From contig OZ296659.1 of the NCBI GenBank assembly GCA_965655095.1, positions 32,054,001 to 32,118,000 on the forward strand: a stretch of 64,000 nucleotides of DNA, written 5' to 3'. The stretch is from Haplodiscus bocki. Taxonomy: Eukaryota. The notes beneath the pieces are model-generated. The model was not told the DNA's origin. It saw nothing but the letters and a program-made list of their open reading frames with translations, and ran no database searches. The translations under genes were made by a program, and so were the position numbers. Shown here piece by piece: positions 11,605 to 23,600 of the stretch; positions within the stretch are counted from its first letter, which is position 1, and each line of letters starts with the position of its first letter.

Positions 11605-14600
11605 GTTTGGCGCTCACTTTCACTTCGTGTTCAATTTAATTTTGAAAGTCATGCCATTAAATTTGTCAATCAGAATCAAAATGTTTATAGATTTACTGTT
11701 ATTACAAATATAAACAATCAGGACTGGTTCACTCTTCAAAAGCGATAATGAAATTGGCTTGAAAAGCATGCCCGTGAAATATACCAGTGATCCATTGGCA
11801 AACATATATTCTGAAAGATAACTTTCTCAAAGGTATCAACCTAATTGTTTTTATAGCCGTGTGTGACCCGCAGTGTGTTCACGGGATATGTAACCGACCA
11901 AACAAATGTGCATGTGAGCCTGGTTTTGGGGGAGACGCTTGCGAAAGTGGTGAGTTTCAATAAATTTTTGAAGCTTTTGAAAGTTTAGAGTTTCTAATTT
12001 GCAAAAAAACGTTTTCTGAACAAGACTCAAAAACACAAAAACAAACTCAACCACTTCAAGTTCGCCCATATCAAGTCGTCGAAAGACGTTATTTTCGGTT
12101 GAATCAGCTTTCTATTTCAATCATACGGTTCAATGCTATGTCGAAAATACTTGAATATATTTCAAAATTATTGTGATTCATTTTGAATGTTTAGTATGCC
12201 CTGAGGGCTTCTACGGTGACTGTTCCATGCCCTGCACTTGTGAGAACGGGGCTACTTGCGAACCTGTGAATGGCACATGTGTGTGCACTGCTGGATACAT
12301 GGGGGTGAACTGTGAACAAGAGTGCTTAGAATGGAAACACGGTATGCACTGTGAATGGGACTGCTCTTGTGTCCGAAGCAACACTCAGTCATGTGATCAC
12401 ACTAATGGAGAGTGTCTATGCAAAAGTGGATACAAGGTGATGGAAAGCCAGTTTTCAAAACTCTTTGCAGTGGAAATATATTACCTACGTTCAATCAGCG
12501 TTCTCTATATAGCCGAAGAAAACACTAGTTTCAAATTGCGGAAAGAGTGTGGTGCGTCCAGTTATGAAAATCAGGTTTTTTGGGTCGAATTGGAGCGACG
12601 AGGTAGATAAACAAGATAAAGTAGCTTATACTAAAATAGCGAAGTTTTCGGGATAGCGTCACTAATGACAATCAGATCGGGATGCCCGTCCTGAGGAAAA
12701 CTTCCTCGAAACTGTTTTTTTTTCTACATTTCTACCATTTTCATTCAGTCAGTGTTACAGTTGTTGCAGTAATTTCCGATTTTGAAGATAGCTTGAAAAA
12801 TGAACAGCTCATAATGTGGATTGAAAATTCACATAAATTTCTCAAATTTCAAAAATTTTCTAACAATCACCCCAGATAAGAATCTATGGTCGTTTTTCGA
12901 ATGTTTTTGAAGAATTCACTGATGATACAAAAGAATCGATGATTAAGCAACAATGACTTTGATTGCGCCTCAAATTTCTAAACCTTTTTACAATCACGAC
13001 AAGGGAGAAAAAACTGATGGTGGCTGGTTAAATTTCTCGACTGAAATTTGCGGTAACTTGGACACGAATCGTTTGAAAACGTTGCGAATTTAAAAAAATG
13101 TTGTCAGGGTCCAATCTGCTCTACACGATGCCCCGTGAACTCAACTGGGTCTGGTTGCAACAAAATATGCCCATGCCAAAACAATGGGACGTGTCTACCA
13201 GAGGATGCCGGGTGTAATTGTACCACCGGGTGGACTGGGGAGGTCTGTGCTGACCCCTGCGATGACTCATCCTGGGGTGCGAATTGTGCCTGGCAATGTC
13301 CTGAATGCTTCAATGGGGGTGAATGTGATAGATTCAACGGCAAATGCAGATGTGCATCGGGTTTCATTGGGGAAAATTGTCAAAAACAGTGTCCTGTAGG
13401 GTTATGGGGTGATGGATGCTTGGAATACTGCGATTGCGCGTTCAATGTGAGCTGCGAAAATACAAACGGGAAGTGTCTTTGCAATGAGTTCCAGTCTGGT
13501 TCCAGATGTGATGTTCTGAAATGTCCGGATAGCAAGTATGGTCCAGATTGTCTTCAGACATGTGCGTGTCAGAATGACGCACTTTGTGGAGTCGTGGACG
13601 GATCTTGCACGTGCACTCAGCCTGGGTTCCATGGGAGGTTCTGCAGTGACGGTTAGAATCGAAATGGAAATTACTGATGCTTAAAACGTTGCTATGATTT
13701 TTTAATACTTACAAAATTTCAAAACTTGTAGTAGCTACTGAACCGATAACATGTCGCATGCATTTCGTTCTTGTGTTTCTTCTGAGCAAAAACAGAAGCA
13801 ACGTGGAACCATTTCAGTACTCTGCTTTTTTCATTCCATTAATTGCAAATGCAGGTTTCCCTAGTCGAATCAGAATGCAGGTTTTGAGAAGATTTTTGAT
13901 GTTGCATACACTTTTTACAAAATTTTAGAAAATGCATTTAAAATTTTACATGCGCTGCAGAATGACTTCAGCATGAAAGTATTTAGAAACCTTTTGTTGT
14001 AATTTGCAAAAAAAATCTATGGATGTTCTATGAGACATACAGAACTCTGGAAGTTTCTTTAATTAGTTTTCGCATCGCAAAATTTTTTTTTTCCAAAAAA
14101 GAATCAAATGAGAAATTATTTTGGTATTTCAAAAAAAGTTTTCATAGCAACTTAGAACATTTTCCATGCAGGTTATTCATTATTGCATGCAATCAGAAAT
14201 TGAGTTGTGGTTAGAATTTCTTCAATTAACGGATTTTTCCATTATGACTTCCAGAAACTTTCATCTCGGCAATTTTCTATTATTATATAAATTATTAAGA
14301 AGATGGCTTTTGAAAGAATTTTGAATCGAATTTTCATGATTTCATAGAAATATTGGCGAATAAACGAATTCAGATGTCCAAGAGAAATAACTACTGGTAT
14401 ATTGTTCGGTAAATAAAATCTCGCCAAGAAACACCAACTGCCCAAAAATTGATAGTCGAAAGTTTTTACCGGGTCGGATAGACTGTGGATAGGCTGACAA
14501 AGACTCAATGCTAGCTCGTTTCGACGAAATGGTCAATATATTATAAAAAGTTAAATTGCCCTTTGGAGTTTTTCTGCAGAATTTTGTAAAACTTGGAATG

Positions 14601-17600
14601 TTTTAAAAAATTCTTAGATGTTTTTCCAAAATTCTCTAACTGTTTTATAAAGTTTCGTCAGGTTCTCTGAAATTTCGGAAAATTTTGAATGTTATTTGGA
14701 TGTTTTGTAAAATATTTTGATGCATGCTTTCTAAATTTTTAATGTTTCATCAAAAATTTTGCCTGCACGCATCGATGCAACAGGAAAAAATTCCATGTTT
14801 TTTTTACTAAGGTTGGACAAAAATTTTGAAAATTCCACCAATTATGAAGCTTTCTGTGGAAAAGGAAAAAATTCTATGGAAATAATGAAATAGCAAAGTC
14901 TGTTTACCTTCTTACCACAAAAAGCTAATTAAAAAAATAATCAAAACGTTTTTTCCTGATTTGAACCAAACTTATCCTGAAAGCTAACGATTTATAGAAG
15001 CGTTTGAGTGAAACTGATTCTGATTTACTCATTTTCTTTGTATTCGCCTCATAATAAGCAGTGAAAGAGACCAAAACCGACTAAAATGTTCATTTGATTC
15101 ATTTTGATGATAGCCTTTTTTTGAAGTCCCCGTTCTATTTCGTTCATCCAGGGCTCAATCGAAAAATGTTATTTAGATTTATTCAAGTGGAAAACTTTTG
15201 AGATTTGGTTTCTTTTCCGGAAAAATGATGCTCCAAACATTGCTTTAAAGGAGTATGATATCGACTTTTTTATATTTTCGAAATGGTTTCTCTCTTAAAC
15301 TACCAATATTTTTTTTTCATCAACGGCTTAATTGAAAGCTTATTATATGTAGATGGATAAAAAAATATACCAATTTTCAAGGTTTTGCACTATTTTGGCA
15401 AATTTTTTGCTGAAATGGCTTTGTCAATTTGAAAAACTTGTTCGTTCCCACTGTTCAAAAGCATCAAAACATGGTTGGAAGTTTTTAGCAAGACATCAAT
15501 TGTCAAGTAAAAAAAACAACCAACAGTCGTTAGCAAAAGAATTTTTGCCTCTATGCTTTCGGTTTCCAGCAGAATAAATATAAAGTCGAGCATTAACATA
15601 ATTTTTTTTCGTTTGTTTCAGAGTGTGAGTATGGGAAACATGGGATGGACTGTGCCCTGACATGTTACTGCACATCTGAGCTACCCTTCTGTGACCATAT
15701 CGAGGGATGCATCACATCTGGCAAGTAAATTTTACACTCTCCTCCTCGGTTTTCTGAATTGTTTTGGCAATATTATCCATTGGATTTGAGAACAACTCAA
15801 ACTTAAAAATGCTCATCTTTCATCTAATCTGTGCAATTCTATGGGTGAATGTACAAAAACCTTGATTACTACAAGAAAGGTTGTAATTTTTCACTTCCAA
15901 ATTCAAGTTAGTGAAAACTCGATTTGGGATGGACAAAAAACCGCTTTCAATTTTTGTCCTAACAGAAGTTCAACTCCGCAGTTACTTCTATCAGTTATTT
16001 AAATGTACCAAAGTTTTTTTGGATAAACAAAAATCAGGCAATTTTCCGTTATTTTCAACTGGATCTCACTGAAATCACCAACCCAGCCAATTTTGTGCTT
16101 TATTTACACCTTTGTCAGTTGCGGTAACTTTTAAATTACCGACTGGTCCAAATATTGGATCAATTTTTCTCCGGAGTCGCCATATCGCTAGAAAATACCT
16201 AATTGTTTGGAAAATTTGTCAAAAGAAATCAGTCTTTCGTGTAGCTGAATGTAATCATCATGACTGACCATCAACCTTGAAAATCTCATGAGAACGCTGA
16301 GGCAATCTTCCATTTTCCGTAAAATCAATGTCGCCTGAGTAATGAATCTTTTCTCAGACATCCAAAAGTTTTGAGAAAAATAGATAAAGAAGCTTAAACT
16401 GATAAAGTTGTCCACAGCCTTCCAGAAGCAGCACAATAGCTTGTTTTTTTTCGGTACAAACCAAAACAGATCAACGATGCTTTTTAATGGTGAAGTGCTG
16501 GCGTTACTATTGGATGTAGCATCAGAAAATCTCAGAAGCTACTTTACTCCAAGCTATGTTATTCACCTAAGGTTTAAGATAGGTCTACTATTTCAAATTC
16601 GCGATTTTTGCCTTCGAACAACTCAACGAAGACTTAATCAGGTGTGAGTATGCAAGGAAGTTGTTTCACTTTAGTGTCTCGCAAGTGCAGAGAAGGAATT
16701 TAGAACTTAGAATTATTTGACATGGGAGTTACAGTTTTAGTAGAATCGAAGTTACGTTTGTTAGTAAATTCAGACAAAATATAGGAACAGAAAAGATGAA
16801 ACGAATGATCAAAGCAAAAGCATCATTATATTAAGTTTTTTGAAAGGTCAATCATAAGTTAGGTTCGCATTTTTTGTTCTCTTGGTCTATCGTTCGGACT
16901 TTGTTGTCAACTAAGGACAAGCTCACCCAAACATTTCTGTGAGCATCTTCGTACACTAATTTTACGCCCTTATTACGCTGAGGCTATCCGCTTTAAGCAA
17001 AGACGGTTCTCTTAAACTAGAAACTCAGTTTCGCAGTTGCTATGACTGGATCTATTCTGTAAATGTCCGCAAAAGTGCCAAGACTTTCGTCGTCCAACCT
17101 TGGCCATGACTCTCTCCGAAGAAAAAATAAATTCAGTTTTCTCAAGTTCAGTTGAACGGCAAGATTACGAAAATATCAGTCTGGGTACATGTAAAAGTTA
17201 AAGTAAAATCTGTTACAATGTCGAACTTGGTTTTTGAAATACTTGTTTGACCATGTATCGAAATATGAAGTTTAAGATGAATTATTACGAAATTGTCTCC
17301 AAACAAAGAGTGTAGTCAAAAAAAACTGAACACATTCTTCATTTTACGATTGCTCCTCAGGTTATTGCATAACAGATCGAATCATCTTTGGTTGAAAAAG
17401 ACTGAATTGAAAGAGCGCGCATTTTGACCTCTGCTCCGATTAGATTTGAGAGAGCGCGACAGATCAAAAAACGCTGGTTATATTTGCTATGTTTCGTGTG
17501 TTCTTCAACCAATCAGAACGATAGTAGTACTGGATTGGCCGCGAACTTGACGTCAAGTCAAATAACTGAAAGTAATTGGAAAGATCTGTCTTCAAAATAC

Positions 17601-20600
17601 TACTGCACATTTGACGTCAGATGACATCAGATGTTGTTTCTGTTTTGGAAGCGGAGAACTATGCGAAGATATTATTGGCGGTTAGTACCGACAAGTGGTT
17701 TGAAAACTGAACATGTTCAAGCGTGCACTGATTCAATTTTTTTGTAGTTCAGTTTCTGCTTTTCCACACAGAACAAAGTATATCGATTCTACACGAAGCG
17801 AACATTTATGACAATATAAAATTAGTCTAATACGTCTAGGTATGCCAGACAGGTACTGGTACATTGTGGAACCGAATCGTCTAATCTAGGCAGTTATGTC
17901 ACCGTGTGCTACATTCTTTCTCTTTAATCCTGCGTGGTAGATATTCCTCGTCTTCATTTTTTTGAGCTTTTGGTCTGTTGTGCTAGGATTGTTTTTTGCC
18001 AGTTTTTTTAACAAAACAATCTCTTAGAAAAATTAAGAATTTGACCATCATCCATACAATTCTGCCTAATCAACACAGTGGTACCACTTTTGCCGATCGA
18101 CTTGATCTTCCAACTTCGATAATTAATAGTTGTGGTCCCAAATAACAAAATAGGTTTTATTCTTGGCGTTATTGTTCACTCCAGTTTTTCGTTGTTTTGG
18201 ACATCACTTTCAGTGTAACCTAATTTACGAATGACAAAAAACTTCTACCAAAAAATGAATCTACCAAAAACATAGGTGCCCTCAGGCTTGCGGAGGCTAC
18301 CTCTTGACTAAGAAGGTAAATTCATTGGCAAGGAGGAATTGTGGGAAAACTGAGAAGATCCTTAGCCCAATCCTACTTGTTACTTTTATTGCTAAAAACT
18401 TCATGTAGAAGGTTAAAACACAACTTTTTTGTTGAATTTAACTACTTCCTGGCTGACTTTCAGGGCGTGAAGGTAGCAAAATCTGGTGTATTGAATTCAA
18501 CTTGTAGTTCAGTTTCCTACACTAGACTAGTAGATAGAAAATTGTTAAGCAACGAAAAAATACATTTTTTTGGGAAACTCAGGAAATTAACAATTTTTGG
18601 TTAACTTAAAAGCGTCATTAACGCTGATTATTGCGACAAATTTACAAAAGCTTGAGAAACACGCAAATTTTCCGTTTCGTTTTAATTTATGCGGGAATAA
18701 TATTTGAAAAAAAAAACATTCGGAAGAAGAAAGGGCGAAATTGCTAGAAAAATCTAGAAAAAGTAGTCATTTCACTGCAATGTAGGAATAAATATCGGCT
18801 TTTCGGCCACAAAAAAAACTCCAAGAAATTTCTTAATTGACTAGTTGGCAAAAAATTAATGCAAATTTTTGCCAAATTAGCGATTCGGTGGCGAAAACTG
18901 CGCATTTCTGTGAAAAATGGTGTGATTGCCGAAGATGATCCTCCAGAGATATCTTGAAAGGATCTTGCAAGAATCGCTTGCATCAAAGAATACTACGGAA
19001 ATCAAAGAAACGGAGTTATCTTGCACGTACAGAAAAATGTTGCAAGTTTATTGAAAGAATGTTGCATGGAAATGTCTGATCTACTGAACAGAGAATTCTT
19101 GCAAGAAAAATGAACAAATCAGAAGTCTCTTGCAAGAATCTTGCAAAATCTTGCATTTATTGCAACTATTGCAGGATTATTGCATTTTTGTGCTAGAATA
19201 ATGCATTATCTTGCAAGATCTTGCAAGAAACTTGCAAGAATCTTCCAAGTTTTGTCTGACAGGTTAACCAGGTGTAGAAAACTGCTATAGAAGATATTGG
19301 TTCAAAAGTTTCGCTGAAGTCACAAAAATAGCGACTTTAGATCTCTGAAAACGCTTTCCAGGTGAAAGTTTCAAAGATTCAGGTGGTGTAAGAAATTAAG
19401 CGTTTGTCTTTGTTTATACTGGCTGTGAAGTTTAAAAAAAATTTGAGTAAAAAGCTTTATAGTATGTGAAAAATATATGAAAATCTCCATTTTCGCACCA
19501 TAAAAAACAAAAAAAGAGGAAAAGAGGTTCATTTCTCCTTCAAAACTGTCCTTTACTTGTCCTAATTCGAATCAATCCAATTCAATTTTAGGCCTTCAAA
19601 GTGGATTTTTTCCGAAAAGGAAACGAACGTCGACAAAAAGTAACAACTAGGGAGGGGGTCTACATTTTTCGCTCGTTCGCCTATTAGAAAGTAAAACCTA
19701 AAAGTTCTGATAAAGCTATCATGTGTTTTTTAGGGGCACAAATCTTATCGAGCCGTTTTTAGCTATGCTCAAACATATACTTTGACTGTACAAAATAATG
19801 CAACGTACAATAATTTCATGTATCGTCGAATTGTCATATAAAATACGACAGGCATGTCTCATCAATGTTGCAAAAAACCTGCGATAAAGAATTCCCATTC
19901 GCAGAAAACGTAAAGGAAACTTTAACTAGTCTGAATTATAAGGTATGTTTTTCTGCAAATCGCAATTTTTCCACGCCAGTTTCTGGAGCATTGATAAGAC
20001 ATGCTTGCCGTCATCGCTACGACAATTTGACGATACATGGTGTTATCGCATGTTGCATCAATGAGTACAATCGAAACAGATGTTTAGGCTTGGATGAAAA
20101 CGGCTCGAGATAAATCTGAAGAAACTTTGAAATTATCATAGCTCTAGAGGAACTTTAACCGTAAAAAATTTATTAAATGATCTAAAATCCTTCAGAAAAT
20201 TCAATCACTCTGCACCACGGTTGCCATGTTACTGTTTGTAACAAGCTTATATTTTATTTTGATCATTAAAACCTTGGATTTTTATGAAAAACTAGAAAAA
20301 TTCTTTGTAACTTTTTAAAACGTCTGACCTTTTGACTTTGACTGGTCAATTACAGAACGTTATTACGAGCTGTACCCGCCTGAGTCCGAAGAGAACATCG
20401 ATTCACAAAGTGAAACGTTATCAGTGGATGTCACGTGGTTTGGAATTGGGATCGCAGCTCTTGTTTTCTTGGTTCTGATTCTGGCTCTGGTGGCAGCCTT
20501 CTACTTCCGGGCTAAAGCTAACAAAGGAAAGTCCAGAAGATCTCCTCCCGCGTATCCTGAAGGAAACGGCTCCCTAAATCCCGCTTTTCCCAGAGGTCAT

Positions 20601-23600
20601 GAAAATCTTACAAATCAAGATAGCGCAGTGATTGTTGCACCTGTTAGTCAAATTTTTGTTCTCCAAGAAATTCAATGTCTGCTTAAAGCGTGATTAAGTC
20701 ATATAATTTATGAAAAACAGGACCTCCAAAAATTAACTTTGAAGTACCAACTCAAGATTTCGTTTTGAAAAATTTAATTTTAGCAAATTTGATCAGCAAA
20801 TTAAACTGTAAAAGTGTATTTAGATACTATAGAAAAAAGGTCCTTGTAAAAACAAGGACTTTTTTCTGTTTTTTTAAGGAACACATGCTGGTGAACTTTA
20901 AAGAGTAATTGTTTTGAGAATGGAGATGCATCATATACAGTGGAAAAGGTTAGTTTGATCGAGGTTTCTTTTCCAAAGACGTCTCTCAATTTTGAAACCA
21001 CGTCCTAACAGGAACCGCTATAATTTTATTCCCCAAATTCAATGTACCGATTGCGTAAAGAATAAACTTGAACGAAAGACTTTTCTTGAAGTGCTTTATT
21101 TCTCCTTTGTGTTAGTCTTAGAACTTCTGGTAATCAAAGTTATATCTTGTTCTTTTTGGTTAGTTCTTCAAATGGTTGTTCAAGAGTATTTACAATTCAC
21201 TGGTTAATGGTTTTTATTGAAAATTAACTCGAGTCCACTTATCCGGGGTTGATAGAAAGTTGTTTGTTCTGTAGATTTTTTGTTATTAATTAGTTGCTTG
21301 TTTACTAAAAAACATCAACAATCACAGTATTATCTAGGCTGAGGGAGTGTGCTGAGGGAGAAGTATGATGTTTGTTTGAGTAAATATTACAACGAGATAA
21401 TCAAACTTGGTTCAATATAAGAAGTGGAGTAATTGATCACTGGAACTTTTGAGCGTTAAGATCGGGTTATTTTCACAATAGGTAATGGATAATGAATGGT
21501 GATTTTGAGTTGTGTAGTTTTTGAAAAGTTCTGTTTCGATTAAGTGGAGTTATTGTTGTAGAGACGTTGTTAAATTGTTGCTTATATCCAATACGATTAT
21601 CATAAAAACAAGGTTTAGCTCAATCCATCTTATCCTGGTTGATAGAGTTTTGTTTATTCTGTAGATGTGTTTTTATTGATTGGTTGCTTGTTTACTGAAA
21701 AACATCAACAATCACAGTAGTATCTATTCCACTGGTCTTGAGTTGTTTCGTCAAGTTTGTGTAAAATGTAAGCAATGGTCTGAGGTAGGAGTCTTTTGTT
21801 CGTTTGCGAATTAATAGAACGAAATATTTATTTGGTAAGGCGAGAGCTGTTCGTCTAGTTCTTTAAGTAGACTTGGATGGTTCATTGTAGGTTAGAGCCG
21901 TTTGTTTCTGCTTGTCTTTCGCTGAATGAAAAATTTGTGTCCATGAAAAGTCGTTGAGTATTTTTTCCAAAATATAGAATGTATGAATGAATCGGCATGT
22001 AGTCATTTATTCAGTCTGTCCTTGCCGATTTGAGAGAACCAGTGAAGTAACTTGCAAATCACGATTGAAGGCATTTAGAACGTTTTCCTTCGTCATTTGT
22101 GGCGGCTTGATGAAGATAAGCTGCCACATTATTTTGTATTTCTTGTGGAGTTTTTTTGAAATGCTGGTCGAGTTTTGGATTAGTGGAAGTTAAACTGGTT
22201 GATACTACACTAGAATTAGTGGTTGTCAACAACGTAAGTAAAGCGACAATAGAGGCAGATACAAAGGCGATGAGATGTGGTATTCTGGCGTAGAAAAAAA
22301 GCTTGTTGTAGATGGACTGAAAAATGAAAGATGAAAGCATACATGGAAACCGTTGGATTGTATCCTATTAAAGCGGGTTAAAAAATGATGAGTTACTGAT
22401 AATCATTGTTTCGACTTTTTTAATGAAACTCTAAACTTAGTCGAGTCCCTTGTTTTTTAAGGAAGTGATAATGGTAGCATTGGAAAAAATGAAGTGAAAA
22501 AAAATTGAAACGATATATGGAGGAAGTTTGCTAAAATTTTGACTTAAGTTTACATCAAATTCAAAATGACAAGTGGAAGGTGAAGTCTCGGAACAATTGG
22601 TGCATACTATGAAAGATTAGTTGATTTCAAAATGTTCACGGTATCTATACTAGGTGATTAACATCGCGTTTTTGTCAGAAAATGGTATTGTCTTTTTTTT
22701 CTGAAATTAAGTTTTACTTTTGCGGATTTTATAGATTTTTTTAAAAAATCATTTCCTATAAAGCATTTATTGTGCACGTCTCTGAATTGGAATATTTCAA
22801 TAGGTGACGCTCATATGAACGGGTTTGCGAGAACTCTACAAAAAGATAATTTTCGAGAATTGTTTAAAATTGGGAGTGTTTTGTGAAGAGATTTATCTAA
22901 ACCTTCCGGAAGAGAGATTTTGACAAAATTTTTAACTGATGTGCGTCGGCTTTGATAGAGTCAAAAGTTCAGAAGATAGTGTTGAGATGAACATTGAAAG
23001 AAATATATTTTTCATCTCAAGTTTTTTGAGTTGGTTATTAGTGGTTGCTGTTTAAGAAAAAGATCCACGTTATACTGATTCGGTTTAGTTCAATTTTTTC
23101 ATCAATTAGTTGATCCAAATGCTCGAAGTGGGGTAGAAAAATCATCAGCAAAACACTCAGGCTGAGTTTCTTTGTAGTCAAGTGCAAAGATTGATGTTAA
23201 TAGTTCGGGGTAGTCGTGAGTAGGTATCGTTAGGTGCATTCTTGTTGTTGGTAACAGGTGCATGATGGTTTTTATATGGAAGCAGTGTAAATGGAACTAT
23301 GCTTTTAGTTGACAGTTGTTTTTTTTGCAATTCTTTAGTTTGTGTCAACATTCTGTTTGAGTTCGTACATACAAGGCGAAAGGTATGTCTTTACAGCAAT
23401 CCAAGTTGAAGTGTGTAAAACATAAATGGTTGCACAAGCGTCAAAAATGAAGTCTATCAGAACAAAATCAGGTTTAGTTTATTGTGTTGACTTTTCGGGA
23501 TATTCAACGAATATATCAACTACTGTTTGTTTGAGAAACCAGGTTTAGTTTATTGTGTTGACTTTTCGGGATATTCAACGAATATATCAACTACTGTTTG

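Larger units (their letters stand above)
10670..13651 (+). repeat. Intron+exon segmental duplication (10670-11604 vs 12730-13651)
   Basis: Both copies start TTTCTACCATTTTCATT.. and stay colinear through ~380 nt of intron and the EGF exon. Confidence 0.9.

Noticed and set aside
11223-13632. Minus-strand and alternate-frame ORFs over the EGF exons
   Set aside because: Shadow frames of the Cys-rich + strand exons.
16100-17650. Possible DNA-transposase relic and CCAAT-rich repeat in an intron
   Set aside because: Too eroded; no catalytic motif or TIR could be supported.
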